From Candidatus Eiseniibacteriota bacterium (GTDB lineage Bacteria > Eisenbacteria > RBG-16-71-46 > JABDJR01): DNA of 64,000 bases. Shown here piece after piece: positions 40,020-49,961 of the stretch (position 1 is its first letter; each line of letters starts with the position of its first letter). The position numbers were made by a program, and so were the translations under genes. The notes beneath the pieces are model-generated. The model was not told the origin of the DNA, did no database searches, and saw only the letters and a program-made list of their open reading frames with translations. The stretch is taken from NCBI GenBank assembly GCA_963783375.1, contig CAWANH010000028.1:1472001-1536000 (forward strand), written 5' to 3'.

Positions 40020-41171
40020 GTGAGGCTCTTGCTCCTGGCCGACGTGCACCTGGGGGCCCGACTGCTCGAGTGGGGCGACCATGCGTTGGCCCGCCGGACG
40101 GAGCTCGGACGCACCTGGACCGAGGCCGTCGAGCTGGCCCTCGATTCCTCCCGGAGCATCGACGGGGTGCTGGTGGCCGGCGATCTCTTCGACCGGCCCG
40201 ACCCCGAACGGGAATGGGTGGACCTGGTGGTCGACGGGGTCCTGCGGCTCATCGCCGCGGGCAAGCCCACCGTGCTCCTTCCGGGGGTCTACGACGGGCT
40301 GGCCCATCCGGGCTGCGTCTACCGGAACCTCATCCTGCCCGTGGAGGCGGCGGTCGTGACCTGGACCGACCCGCGCCGGCTGGACATGAAGTTGGGGGGC
40401 GAGTTCCTGCACCTGACCACCTGGGCTGCCGGTCCGGGGGCCGAGCCCGTCGATCCCGCCGTCGCGCTCCGTCGCGGCGACGGCACCGGCTACCACGGAG
40501 CCCTGATTCACGCCGCCCTGGAAGCGTCCGGCGACGTCCCGACGTCGTCGTTCGGCCGGTCCTTTCTCCCGCCCGCCGCGGTGGAGTCCAGCGGGTTGGA
40601 CCTCGTGGTGGCGGGTGGGGATCACGGCTATCGGGAAAAGCTTTTGGGCAGGACGTTGGCCGTGTCCCCCGGGGCCCCGTTGGGCCTTCGTCCCGGCGAT
40701 TGGGGAGATCGCTACTTCGTCATCGCCGATTTCGGGCCCGACGGGGTCCAGCTCGTGCAGGAGGTTCGGGACGTGAGCCCGGTGGTGGAGATCCGCGTGG
40801 ACGTCGCCGCCGCCGGGATCACCGACGCCGCCTCGTTCGCCAGACACCTCACCCGCGCGCTCTCCGGAGCGGCGATGGCCCGGGTGCACCTGACCGGGGC
40901 CAGCGAGTTCCCCCTCGAGGACGAGGACCTGAAGGGCGTCCTGGCCGATCTCCCCGCGGCGATAGACCTCCACAACGAAACCGTGCTCGCACCGGACGGG
41001 GAGTTCCTGGCCCGGGTCCGGGGCGAGAGCACGATCCGCGGACTCTTCGCCCGCCGCCTCGAGGCCATGCGGGCCGAGGCGGGCAGCGATGATGAATGCC
41101 GGGCCCTGGACCGCGCGCTGGTTCTCGGCCTGGCCGAGTTCCGTCGCCTGGAGACCTCGCATGTGGGTTGA
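40020..41171 (+). CDS. SbcD/Mre11/YhaO-like metallophosphoesterase with altered motifs III-V
   Basis: ADVHLG and AGDLFD are present. PGVYD, IHAA and AGGDH occupy the GNHD, HG and GHxH positions. Confidence 0.8.
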   Translation: MRLLLLADVHLGARLLEWGDHALARRTELGRTWTEAVELALDSSRSIDGVLVAGDLFDRPDPEREWVDLVVDGVLRLIAAGKPTVLLPGVYDGLAHPGCVYRNLILPVEAAVVTWTDPRRLDMKLGGEFLHLTTWAAGPGAEPVDPAVALRRGDGTGYHGALIHAALEASGDVPTSSFGRSFLPPAAVESSGLDLVVAGGDHGYREKLLGRTLAVSPGAPLGLRPGDWGDRYFVIADFGPDGVQLVQEVRDVSPVVEIRVDVAAAGITDAASFARHLTRALSGAAMARVHLTGASEFPLEDEDLKGVLADLPAAIDLHNETVLAPDGEFLARVRGESTIRGLFARRLEAMRAEAGSDDECRALDRALVLGLAEFRRLETSHVG

Positions 41172-43323
41172 GAGCGTCCGGGTGCGCGGGATCGGCGGCT
41201 TCGCCGACGAGCAGACCATCACCTTCGGGCCGGGGCTGACCGTGGTGGCGGGGGAGAACGAGTCGGGGAAGACCACCGTCGCTGCGGTGATCATCGGCGC
41301 CCTGTTCGGCCGCGCCGAGGCCTCGGTGCCGGCGGCCCCCGAAGGGGACGCCCACGCCGAGCTGATCCTTCACGTGGGGCGCAGTCGATACGGGGTGACC
41401 CGTGACTTCCGCACCGACCACGTGCGCCTGGTCCAGCTGGAGGGACCGGGACGCGAGACCCTTCTCTTCGAGGGCGATCCCGCCGACCCCCAGTGGGACC
41501 TTGCCTACCGCACGCGCCTGGAAGCGCTGTTCGGGCTCGGCGACGCAACCGCGTGGCGCCGGGGCGGCCTGGTGGTGGACGGCCGCGTCGACACCGCGCT
41601 CGACGGGGGGGTTCGGGCCTGGATGAGCGGGAGCCCGCGCGGCGAGTACGAGACCGTGCTGGGCCGGCTGGACGAACAGGTTGTTCGCCTCTGCGCGGGC
41701 GACCGCGAGGGCCAGCCCGGAGAGCTGGACGAGGTGCGGGAGGAGATCGAGCAGTGCCGGGCCGAGGCGGAGTCCTGGGAGGAGCGTTCCCTCGCCCTCA
41801 TCCAGGTGACCTCGGAGCTGGCCGCCCGCAGCCGGGAGCGGGATGCCGCCGAGGACGAGGCGCGCCGGCAGGAAGAGGTCCTGGTCAACATCACCCGCTT
41901 CGACGAGCTGACCCGGGATCGGGCCCGGCTCGAGGAGAGCCTGCTGGCGCTCCGCCACGAGCAGGACCGGATCCGGAAGCAGGTGGAGGCGGTGGAGGTC
42001 AACCAGGTTCGCCTGGAAAAGGAATTCAAGGATTTCCTGGACGCTCCCGGCGACGTCGATGAATGCCTTCAGATCTGGACGGAGACCGTGGCCCGGCGGG
42101 GCGATCTCACCCGTGACCTGGAGCGGGCGGAGGAGACCATGGTCCGGCTTCCCGCCACCCGCACCCGGCGGAACGGCGGCCTGGCCGCCGCGGTGGTTTC
42201 GATCCTGGGCTGGCTGGCCTGCGCCGGAGCCGGGGCGATGGGAGTCGGCTTCTTCCTCATCCCGTTCTTCGCGGCGGCCGGCTACGCCGCGGTCTGGTAT
42301 CTCGACCGGAATGCCGATCGCATCCGGATGAACGGGCAGGCGGATCAGGTCCGGCTGGCCGCCGAGCTGGAGGAGCTGGACCGGAGGGAGCACGAGGCTC
42401 GGGCCGGGCTGGGACGGTTGGCCGCCTTCGGCGAACCCGCCACCCTCCGAATCGAGTTCAAGCGCTACCTGGAATCCCAGGCCGCCCTGGACCGGGCGCA
42501 GAGCGCCCGCGACAGCCACCGCCCCTTCAGCGAGGTGGTGGACGCCTACGAGGGGGTCTTTCGCGAGCTCCAGATCCTCGATACCCAGACCCGCGACCTG
42601 GTGGCCCGTGCCCGCTACCTCTCCGGTCTCGACGCCGACCTCCAGACCATGGCCGTCGAGATGGAGAAGGCGCGGACGGGCGGAGCGGAGGCGCGGGGGC
42701 ATGCGGAGTTCCTGGCCGGGGACGTGGAGCGTTTGAGCGCCGAGGCCGCGCGGGCCGAGGCGGAAGCGGTCCTCCCCGGGCGGGCCTGGGACGACCTCTC
42801 CCGTCTGGAGGAGCGCGAACGGATTCTGGGCGCGCGCCACCGCGCCCTCACCACCGCGATCGCCGCCCTGACCGACGCGGTGCGCACCTACCACGACGGC
42901 CACCTCGACCGGGTGACCCAGCGCGCCAGCGGGTACTTCGCCCGGTTCTCCCACGAGCGCTACCAGGGAGTGCGGTTCGACGACCGGATGCGGATCGAGG
43001 TGCGGGACGGCCGTCCGGCCTGGACCGGCGAGAGCGACCTGAGCGCGAGCACCCGCGACCAGCTTCACCTGGCCGTGCGCATCGCGGTCAACGAGGAGAT
43101 CCAGGGGGACCGCGGGCTTCCCCTGGTTCTCGACGGGGCGTTCACGGCCTGGGACGAGACCCGGCTCGATGGAGCCCGGCAGGTCCTCGCCGGTCTGGTT
43201 CACGAGGGACGCCAGGTGATCGTCCTGAGCGCCGATCCGCGCCTCAACGCGTGGGCGGACGACGTCCTTGCCCTCCCCGCGCCGTCCGAGGCCCCGTCGC
43301 GGGCGACCCGCCGCGCGGCCTGA
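41161..43323 (+). CDS. SbcC/YhaN-like SMC-type ATPase with a central hydrophobic hairpin
   Basis: GENESGKTT, long coiled coils, LSASTRDQLHLAVRIA and LPLVLDGAFTAWDETR. Confidence 0.82.
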   Translation: MWVESVRVRGIGGFADEQTITFGPGLTVVAGENESGKTTVAAVIIGALFGRAEASVPAAPEGDAHAELILHVGRSRYGVTRDFRTDHVRLVQLEGPGRETLLFEGDPADPQWDLAYRTRLEALFGLGDATAWRRGGLVVDGRVDTALDGGVRAWMSGSPRGEYETVLGRLDEQVVRLCAGDREGQPGELDEVREEIEQCRAEAESWEERSLALIQVTSELAARSRERDAAEDEARRQEEVLVNITRFDELTRDRARLEESLLALRHEQDRIRKQVEAVEVNQVRLEKEFKDFLDAPGDVDECLQIWTETVARRGDLTRDLERAEETMVRLPATRTRRNGGLAAAVVSILGWLACAGAGAMGVGFFLIPFFAAAGYAAVWYLDRNADRIRMNGQADQVRLAAELEELDRREHEARAGLGRLAAFGEPATLRIEFKRYLESQAALDRAQSARDSHRPFSEVVDAYEGVFRELQILDTQTRDLVARARYLSGLDADLQTMAVEMEKARTGGAEARGHAEFLAGDVERLSAEAARAEAEAVLPGRAWDDLSRLEERERILGARHRALTTAIAALTDAVRTYHDGHLDRVTQRASGYFARFSHERYQGVRFDDRMRIEVRDGRPAWTGESDLSASTRDQLHLAVRIAVNEEIQGDRGLPLVLDGAFTAWDETRLDGARQVLAGLVHEGRQVIVLSADPRLNAWADDVLALPAPSEAPSRATRRAA

Positions 43324-43390
43324 AACCGCCGGCGACCCGCCGGGCGTCGAGACTGGCCCCCCGGATCGCGCCAAGCTACAATCCGTGACT

Positions 43391-44239
43391 ATGCAATTCC
43401 CCCGGATTCTCACCTCACTGTTCGTTCTCGCTCTGCTGACGCCCCCCGGTGCCCTGGCCGCCTCGGAATTCGAGGTTCCGGTGAACCTCGCCCCCGGACC
43501 CGTCCGCCTGGCCCTTCCCTCTCCCGACGGCACCCGCCTGGTGGTGGCGGGAGGCCCGGGGGTCGCGGGGAAGGAGCACACGGTCATGGTGGTGGACCTG
43601 GCCTGCGGCCGGGACTCGGCCCGGGTCGTGACCCTTTCCCGGAGCGCGCCCTACGACCCGGTTCCGGCGGGAGTGCCCGAGGATTTTCTGAGGCTTCAGT
43701 GGAGCCCGGACGGCCGGCGCGTCTACGCCCTGGGCGGGGTCTATGAGATTTCCGAGAAGGAGGGCGCCCTGACCGGCAAGCTCCTCCGCCGGACGCCGAA
43801 GCCCCTGTTCGATTTTCGTTTCGGTCCCGGGGACGACGCGGCAGGAGTGGCCATGCGCTACGCCGAGGAGCGCCAGATCACCCGGAGCCGCAAGGGGTTC
43901 GTGGTCGGGATCGAGTACGCCATGTATCCCCTGGATCGGGAGCTGGTGATCCCCATTCCGCCCCGGGAGAAGTACGGGGTGGCCTGGATCACCGAGGAGT
44001 GGCCCGAGCCCCCGATCCTGGACTACGACGCCGACGGCCGGCTCCTCATCTTCTACCCGTACCACAGGATCACCGAACTCTACGCCCCGGGAGGCGTCCG
44101 CGACGAGGTGAAGGACCGCAGACCCGCCCCCCGGCCCGAGCCGGGCCTGGGCCCCTTCAGGTTCAAGAAGCCGTGCTCCCGGGAATGGACCCTGATCGCC
44201 GACGGCAAGTCGGACCGGGTGCGGGTGAGGTTCGAGTAG
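43391..44239 (+). CDS. Secreted hypothetical protein (beta-propeller-like)
   Basis: Signal peptide and SPDGTRL/WSPDGRRVY blades. Confidence 0.7.
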   Translation: MQFPRILTSLFVLALLTPPGALAASEFEVPVNLAPGPVRLALPSPDGTRLVVAGGPGVAGKEHTVMVVDLACGRDSARVVTLSRSAPYDPVPAGVPEDFLRLQWSPDGRRVYALGGVYEISEKEGALTGKLLRRTPKPLFDFRFGPGDDAAGVAMRYAEERQITRSRKGFVVGIEYAMYPLDRELVIPIPPREKYGVAWITEEWPEPPILDYDADGRLLIFYPYHRITELYAPGGVRDEVKDRRPAPRPEPGLGPFRFKKPCSREWTLIADGKSDRVRVRFE

Positions 44240-44241
44240 CG

Positions 44242-45012
44242 ATGCTCGAGGCCCGCGGTCTCACCCGGGATTACGGCACCTTCCGGGCGGTGGACCACCT
44301 CGACCTCGCCGTGGACCGCGGGGAACTCTTCGGATTCCTGGGAACGAACGGGGCGGGAAAGACCACCACGGTCAAGATGATGGTGGGGCTGTTGCGCCCG
44401 ACCGAAGGCACCGTCCGGGTGGACGGGGTGGACGTGGCCCAGAACCCAGCCCAGGTGAAACGCATGGTGGGCTACGTGGCCGAGGAGCCCCAGCTATACG
44501 ACAAGCTCACCGTCCGGGAGTTCCTCTGTTTCTGCGGCGAACTGTACGGGCTGGGGGCGGGGGAATCCCGCCGGCGCGCCGAGGAGTGGATGGAGTTCAT
44601 CCAGCTCCGGGGCCGGGCCGGGCAGCTTCTGGAGGGGCTCTCCCATGGGACCAAGCAGCGGGTGGCCCTGGGCGCGGCCCTCATCCATCGCCCCCGGGTG
44701 CTGTTCCTGGATGAGCCCACCGTAGGGCTCGATCCCCGGAGCGCTCGCCAGGTGAAGGACCATCTCCGGGCGCTCTGCGAAGGAGGGACCACGGTCTTTC
44801 TCACCACCCACATCCTGGAGATCGCGGAGCGGATCTGCGACCGGGTGGGGATCCTCCATCGGGGGAAGCTCCGGGCCCTGGGGACGTTGGATGCCCTGCG
44901 CGGCCGCTCCCACGACCGGAGCCTCGAGGACATCTTCCTGGAGCTGACCGAGGGGGGCGAGGGCGCGATGCCCCCCGCCGAGGGCGGAGACGGAGGGGAG
45001 CAACCGGCATGA
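44242..45012 (+). CDS. ABC transporter ATP-binding protein
   Basis: GTNGAGKTT, LSHGTKQR, LDEPTVGLDP and TTHIL. Confidence 0.93.
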   Translation: MLEARGLTRDYGTFRAVDHLDLAVDRGELFGFLGTNGAGKTTTVKMMVGLLRPTEGTVRVDGVDVAQNPAQVKRMVGYVAEEPQLYDKLTVREFLCFCGELYGLGAGESRRRAEEWMEFIQLRGRAGQLLEGLSHGTKQRVALGAALIHRPRVLFLDEPTVGLDPRSARQVKDHLRALCEGGTTVFLTTHILEIAERICDRVGILHRGKLRALGTLDALRGRSHDRSLEDIFLELTEGGEGAMPPAEGGDGGEQPA

Positions 45013-46589
45013 TCGGCTTCCACCGCCTCCTCGGCTACCGGTTGAAGGCGCTCTGGAACGGCACCCTTTCCGGCCAGGCCCGACACCGCGGCCTGAACTG
45101 GGCCATGATGATCTTCGTGATCCCCCCGTCCCTCCTCTTCTTCTGGGGGGCGGGCGCGGCCATGGGGATCGAGGCCCGGAGCCTGTCCAATGGCCCCGAG
45201 CTCATGAACTGGCTGGTGGTCGGGCTTCTGGCCGCCGAGTTCCTGCTCATGCTGATGGGAGAGGTGGGAGGCTTCGCGAACCTGATCTTCTTCTCCAGCC
45301 GGGGGGAGTGGCTTCGCCGGGCCCCCATCACCGGCCGACGCTACCTCTACTACCAGATCGTGGAAGGGGTGCTGGTGATGGCCGCCGTACCCACCTTCTT
45401 CCTCTTCACCATCTACCTGAGCCTCATCCTGGGATACCACGCCACCCCGGCGGCGCTGGTGGCGGGGGTCGTCTCCTTCGGGCTGGTTCGTCTCATGCCC
45501 CTGGGGCTCTCCCTGGTCATGGTCTGGGCGCTCATTCCCCGCACCAACCGCGAGACCTTCCGCTGGCTGGATGCGGCCTTCGGAATTCTCTTCGGGCTTC
45601 TCATGCTCGGTCTGTGGCGGCTCCACTACCAACCCGACACCTTGCCGCGGCTCATGGAAGGAGCCTACGTGCCGGAGGTTCCCCAGGTCCTGGTGGTGTT
45701 CTTCCCCCCCGCCGCGGCGGGCAGGATCGTGGCGGCGGTGCTCGAAGGCCGAGGCATTCCCCTGGAAACCCTGGCCCTGGTGGTGACCCAGTCCGCGCTT
45801 CTCATCGGGCTCCCCCTGGCCCTGGCCGGACGCATGATCGACGAAGGGCGATTCCCCGAGCCGGCTCCCACCACCAGCCAGCAGGTGCGGAGCTGGTTGC
45901 TGCGCGGTCCCTCGGGTCCCCTGGCCGCCATGGTTCGCAAGGACCTCCTGGTGTTCATCCGGGAGGGGAGATTGGGACTCAGGCTCCTCTCCTCGGGGGT
46001 GGTCACGTTCATCTTCCTCTGGTTCCTGGCCGGCGCGGCTCCCATGGGTCCGGCCGCCCCCGCCCTGCTCCTGGTGTTCATCCTGAGTTCCGAAGCCGGG
46101 ACCCTGGTCGTTCCCTCCGAGGGGAGGGCGGTGGTGTGGCCCGCGGTGGCCCCGCTCTCCCCGTTCCGCTTCATCCTGGGGAAACTGATCGCCGCGCTCC
46201 TCCTCTGCGGCTTTCTCTCGGCCGGCTTCTTCGCTTTCCTCGCCGCGGTCCAGCACTGGTCCCCCCGGGCACTGGGCGAGCTGATCCTGCTTTCCCCGCC
46301 GGTCGCGCTCTTCGGGGCCTCGATGGGGGTGTTCCTGGCTGCCCGATGGGGGCGCTTCGACTGGGACGATCCCCGCCGCATGCTTCATCCCGCCGCCCAG
46401 ATCTTTCACGCCCTGATCATGGCCCTGGGCTTCGTGGTCACGGTGGCGCTCACCGGGCTCGATGCGGAGCTGGGCACGTATCTCCATAGGACGGTGACCG
46501 TGGTGGCGCTCGCGTTGTGCCTGGGATTCATGGCCGTCGCCTTCGCCGACGCGGTGCGGACGGCGCGCCGCCGGGAGTGGACCCTGTGA
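45009..46589 (+). CDS. Putative ABC exporter permease
   Basis: About 12 TM helices in two halves (MVRKDLLVFIRE). Overlaps the ATPase gene. Confidence 0.82.
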   Translation: MIGFHRLLGYRLKALWNGTLSGQARHRGLNWAMMIFVIPPSLLFFWGAGAAMGIEARSLSNGPELMNWLVVGLLAAEFLLMLMGEVGGFANLIFFSSRGEWLRRAPITGRRYLYYQIVEGVLVMAAVPTFFLFTIYLSLILGYHATPAALVAGVVSFGLVRLMPLGLSLVMVWALIPRTNRETFRWLDAAFGILFGLLMLGLWRLHYQPDTLPRLMEGAYVPEVPQVLVVFFPPAAAGRIVAAVLEGRGIPLETLALVVTQSALLIGLPLALAGRMIDEGRFPEPAPTTSQQVRSWLLRGPSGPLAAMVRKDLLVFIREGRLGLRLLSSGVVTFIFLWFLAGAAPMGPAAPALLLVFILSSEAGTLVVPSEGRAVVWPAVAPLSPFRFILGKLIAALLLCGFLSAGFFAFLAAVQHWSPRALGELILLSPPVALFGASMGVFLAARWGRFDWDDPRRMLHPAAQIFHALIMALGFVVTVALTGLDAELGTYLHRTVTVVALALCLGFMAVAFADAVRTARRREWTL

Positions 46590-47953
46590 CCGCCCCCCCC
46601 CGTCCCCGCGGCGTGGTGGTGGACAAGGACGAGGCCCGTGGACGGGAGCTGACCGCGTTCCTGGACGAGCAGGTGGGGATCGACGCCACCCTGGTCCGGG
46701 ACGGGGAGGCGGCCTACAACGTTCTCGACGGCGAAACCGTTCACGTGCTGGTCACCGATCTCAAGTCCCAGCGGATCGACGGGATGCGCCTGTTGGAGAT
46801 CGCCCGGGCCAGGAACTCCGAGGTGGCGGTGGTCATCATCGCCTCCGAGGTCGAGCTCTCCACCGCCACCGAGGCCATGCGGCGCGGGGCCTACGACGTT
46901 CAGACCCGCCCCATCAACTTCGAACGCTTGAAGGCGGTCCTGGAACGGGCCATCTCCCACCAGCGGCTGGTGGTGGAGGTCACCGATCTCCAGGCCCGGC
47001 TCGATCATCGATACGGGGTCGATTTCCTGACCGGGAAGTCCCCGCAGATGATCTCGGTCTACGACCGCATCCGCCAGCTGGCCAACGCCCGCACCACCAT
47101 CCTGGTTTCGGGGGAGACCGGCACCGGGAAGGAGCTGGTGGCCAAGTCCATCCATCACCTGAGCCCCCGCCGGAACGAGCCCTTCGTGGGCCTCAATTGC
47201 AGCGCCCTGGCCGAAGGGGTGGTGGAGAGCGAGCTGTTCGGTCACGAGCGGGGGGCGTTCACCGGAGCGGTGGCCGAGCGGAAGGGGCGGTTCGAGATCG
47301 CCGACGGCGGCACCCTGTTCCTGGACGAGATCTCGGAGGTGAGTCCGGCCATTCAGGTGAAACTGCTCCGGGTGATCCAGGAACGGGAGCTGGAGCGGGT
47401 GGGGGGAACCCGCACCGTCCAGGTGGACGTGCGGCTCATCTGCGCGACCAACCGGGACCTCGGCGCGCTGGTCCGCGAAGGACGGTTCCGTGAGGATCTC
47501 TACTACCGCCTCAACGTGGCCTCGATCCATCTTCCCCCCCTCCGCGAACGAAGATCCGACATCCCGCTCCTGGTCGACGAGTTCATCGGTCAGTTCGCCG
47601 AAGAGAATCGAAAGCGCATCAAGGGGGTGACGCGGGGGGCGATGGAGCTGCTCATGCAGTACGACTGGCCGGGAAACGTGCGCGAACTCCGGAACCTCAT
47701 CGAGGGCATGGTGGTGTTCGGCCACGACGGGGAACCTCTGGATGTCGGGGATCTCCCCAATCACCTGCGGGTCCAGCCTTCCGAGTCACGGGACCTGGGC
47801 CTCCGGGTGGGAATGACCATGGAGGAGATCGAGAAGCGGGCCATCGAGGAGACCCTGAAAGCCACGGGCTACGACAAGCAGCGCACCGCTCAGATCCTGG
47901 GAATCGGACTCCGGACCCTGTACCGTAAGATGAAGCAGTACCAGGGAAACTGA
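46586..47953 (+). CDS. NtrC-family sigma54 response regulator with an atypical receiver domain
   Basis: VTDL..IDG receiver, GETGTGKE, GHERGAFTGA, WPGNVREL and HTH LGIGLRTLYRK. Confidence 0.92.
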   Translation: MTAPPRPRGVVVDKDEARGRELTAFLDEQVGIDATLVRDGEAAYNVLDGETVHVLVTDLKSQRIDGMRLLEIARARNSEVAVVIIASEVELSTATEAMRRGAYDVQTRPINFERLKAVLERAISHQRLVVEVTDLQARLDHRYGVDFLTGKSPQMISVYDRIRQLANARTTILVSGETGTGKELVAKSIHHLSPRRNEPFVGLNCSALAEGVVESELFGHERGAFTGAVAERKGRFEIADGGTLFLDEISEVSPAIQVKLLRVIQERELERVGGTRTVQVDVRLICATNRDLGALVREGRFREDLYYRLNVASIHLPPLRERRSDIPLLVDEFIGQFAEENRKRIKGVTRGAMELLMQYDWPGNVRELRNLIEGMVVFGHDGEPLDVGDLPNHLRVQPSESRDLGLRVGMTMEEIEKRAIEETLKATGYDKQRTAQILGIGLRTLYRKMKQYQGN

Positions 47954-48042
47954 TCCTTCCGCAAGAATCCGATAAACATTAGCCGCTGTGTCGTTGATCC
48001 TTCCGGGAGGCCGGGGCATCGCCCGGCGGTGTCCGTTTCCTG

Positions 48043-48063
48043 GATAATATGATTATCATTGTT
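48043..48063. promoter_or_regulatory. Fur-box-like operator upstream of the cyclic-nucleotide operon
   Basis: GATAATATGATTATCATT. The minus strand reads AATGATAATCAT (14/19 match to the Fur consensus). Confidence 0.45.
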
Positions 48064-48211
48064 TGAAATTGGCCTGCAATTGCTAGTCTGGCCTCCATCG
48101 ACGGGTCTCCCGCCGATCCACGGTCCTTTCGGGGGGAGGGGCTGCCGGCAGGACGGCGATCGCCCATCGCTCCCCGGACGACGCGATCCCTTTCGTGGAG
48201 GAGGTGTGGTG

Positions 48212-49585
48212 ATGCCGCTCTCGAACATGGAAACCCCCGCATCCGCGCGTCTCGTCGACGGCTCCCGGGTGGGCGTGGTGGGAGGTGGTCCCGCCGGCTC
48301 TTTCTTCGCGTATTTCCTGCTCACCACCGCCGAGCGACTCGGCATGAGCCTCGACGTCGACCTCTACGAGTACCGGGACTTCGGGAACCTGGCCCCCCTG
48401 GGATGCAACATGTGCGGGGGCATCGTTTCCGAGTCGCTGGTGCAGATGCTGGCCGCCGAGGGCATCGAGCTGCCGCCCTCGGTCATCCAGCGGGGGATCG
48501 ATTCCTACGTGCTCCACATGGACGTGGGAAGCGTACGGATCGACACTCCGATACACGAGATGCGGATCGGGGCGGTGCACCGCGGGGCCGGCCCGAGGGA
48601 CGTCAAGACGCCCCGGTGGGGAAGCTTCGACGGTCATCTCCTCGGTCTGGCGGTGGAGAAGGGGGTGAAGGTCCGGCGCGAGCGCGTGGAGCGGATCACC
48701 GGAGACGGGGACCGGCCGGCGATCGTGAGCCGGGGCGGCGGGTCCCAGACCTACGATCTCGTGGTGGCCGCCGCCGGCGTCAACTCCTCGGTCCAGAAGC
48801 TTCTGGCCGGGACGGACCTCGACTACCAGGCGCCGCGCACCACCAAGACCTTCATCCGCGAGTACTTCCTGGGGGAGGAGGCGATCAACCGCCTCCTGGG
48901 GAGTTCCATGCACGTCTTCCTCCTCAACATTCCCCGGCTCGAGTTCGCCGCGGTCATTCCCAAGGGGGACTACGCCACCGTCTGCCTGTTGGGAGAGGAC
49001 ATCGATACGGAACTCGTGGAGGCCTTCATGCACGCTCCCGAGGTGAGGTCGTGCCTTCCCGCGGATTTCCCGATCGAGGAGCGCTCCTGCCAGTGTTCGC
49101 CCCGGATCAACGTGGCGGGAGCGATCCGCCCCTTCGCGGACCGGATCCTGGTCATCGGCGACGCCGGGGTGACCCGCCTCTACAAGGACGGGATCGGCGC
49201 GGCCTACCGGACGGCCAAGGCCGCGGCCACCACCGCGGTCCTACACGGCGTGTCCGCCGCCGCCTTCGACCGCCACTACTGGCCCACCTGCCGGGCCATC
49301 CTGGACGACAACCGAATCGGGAAGCTCACCTTCGCGGTGACCCGGCAGATCCAGCGCCGCCGTGTGGCCCGGCGGGCCGTCCTTCGGATGACCGTGGACG
49401 AGCAGGGCCGGAAGGGCTCCCGGCGCCGCATGAGCCGGGTGCTCTGGGATGTGTTCACGGGAAGCGCTCCCTACCGGGACATCTTCCTGCGGAGCCTCCA
49501 CCCGTCCTTCCTCGGCCGCTTTGCCTGGGACCTGTGCGCTTCGGTCGTTCCGCTGCGAACGGCCGGTGAGGAGGTGGATCGATGA
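48212..49585 (+). CDS. FAD-dependent oxidoreductase (geranylgeranyl reductase-like)
   Basis: VVGGGPAG, GCNMCGG and IGDAG..RLYKDGIGAA. RBS GGAGG. Confidence 0.8.
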   Translation: MPLSNMETPASARLVDGSRVGVVGGGPAGSFFAYFLLTTAERLGMSLDVDLYEYRDFGNLAPLGCNMCGGIVSESLVQMLAAEGIELPPSVIQRGIDSYVLHMDVGSVRIDTPIHEMRIGAVHRGAGPRDVKTPRWGSFDGHLLGLAVEKGVKVRRERVERITGDGDRPAIVSRGGGSQTYDLVVAAAGVNSSVQKLLAGTDLDYQAPRTTKTFIREYFLGEEAINRLLGSSMHVFLLNIPRLEFAAVIPKGDYATVCLLGEDIDTELVEAFMHAPEVRSCLPADFPIEERSCQCSPRINVAGAIRPFADRILVIGDAGVTRLYKDGIGAAYRTAKAAATTAVLHGVSAAAFDRHYWPTCRAILDDNRIGKLTFAVTRQIQRRRVARRAVLRMTVDEQGRKGSRRRMSRVLWDVFTGSAPYRDIFLRSLHPSFLGRFAWDLCASVVPLRTAGEEVDR

Positions 49586-49953
49586 GCGGGGATGGTTTGG
49601 GCCGCACCTTCGAGAACGGTGAGGTTATCGTGCGTCAGGGGGAGGAGGGGGACTGCATGTACGTGGTCCAGGAGGGCCAGGTCGAGGTGTACCTGGAGAA
49701 GGAAGGCCGGGAGCTTCCGCTCCGCGTTCTGGGCAAGGGGGAGTTCATCGGGGAGATGAGCATCTTCGAGCGGGAGGTCCGCTCGGCCTCGGTGCGCGCG
49801 GTGGGCAGCGCCCGCCTCCTCACCGTGGATCGGGTGGGGTTTCTCCGCCGCATCCACGAGGATCCCTCCCTGGCCTTCCGCGTCGTGCAGACCCTTTCCC
49901 GGCGGGTCCGCGACCTGAGCGACGAGGTAGCGCGACTTCGGACCGACGGCTGA
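49582..49953 (+). CDS. Stand-alone cyclic nucleotide-binding domain protein
   Basis: GEVIVRQGEEGDCMYVVQEGQVEV...GEFIGEMSI....RSASVRA, with no DNA-binding domain. Confidence 0.9.
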   Translation: MSGDGLGRTFENGEVIVRQGEEGDCMYVVQEGQVEVYLEKEGRELPLRVLGKGEFIGEMSIFEREVRSASVRAVGSARLLTVDRVGFLRRIHEDPSLAFRVVQTLSRRVRDLSDEVARLRTDG

Positions 49954-49961
49954 GCGGGGAC

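Noticed and set aside
48070-48084. TGGCCTGCAATTGCT as a sigma54 promoter for the cNMP operon
   Set aside because: The GG-to-GC spacing is 9 nt, not 10. It would only qualify if a base was lost in sequencing, which the reads could show.
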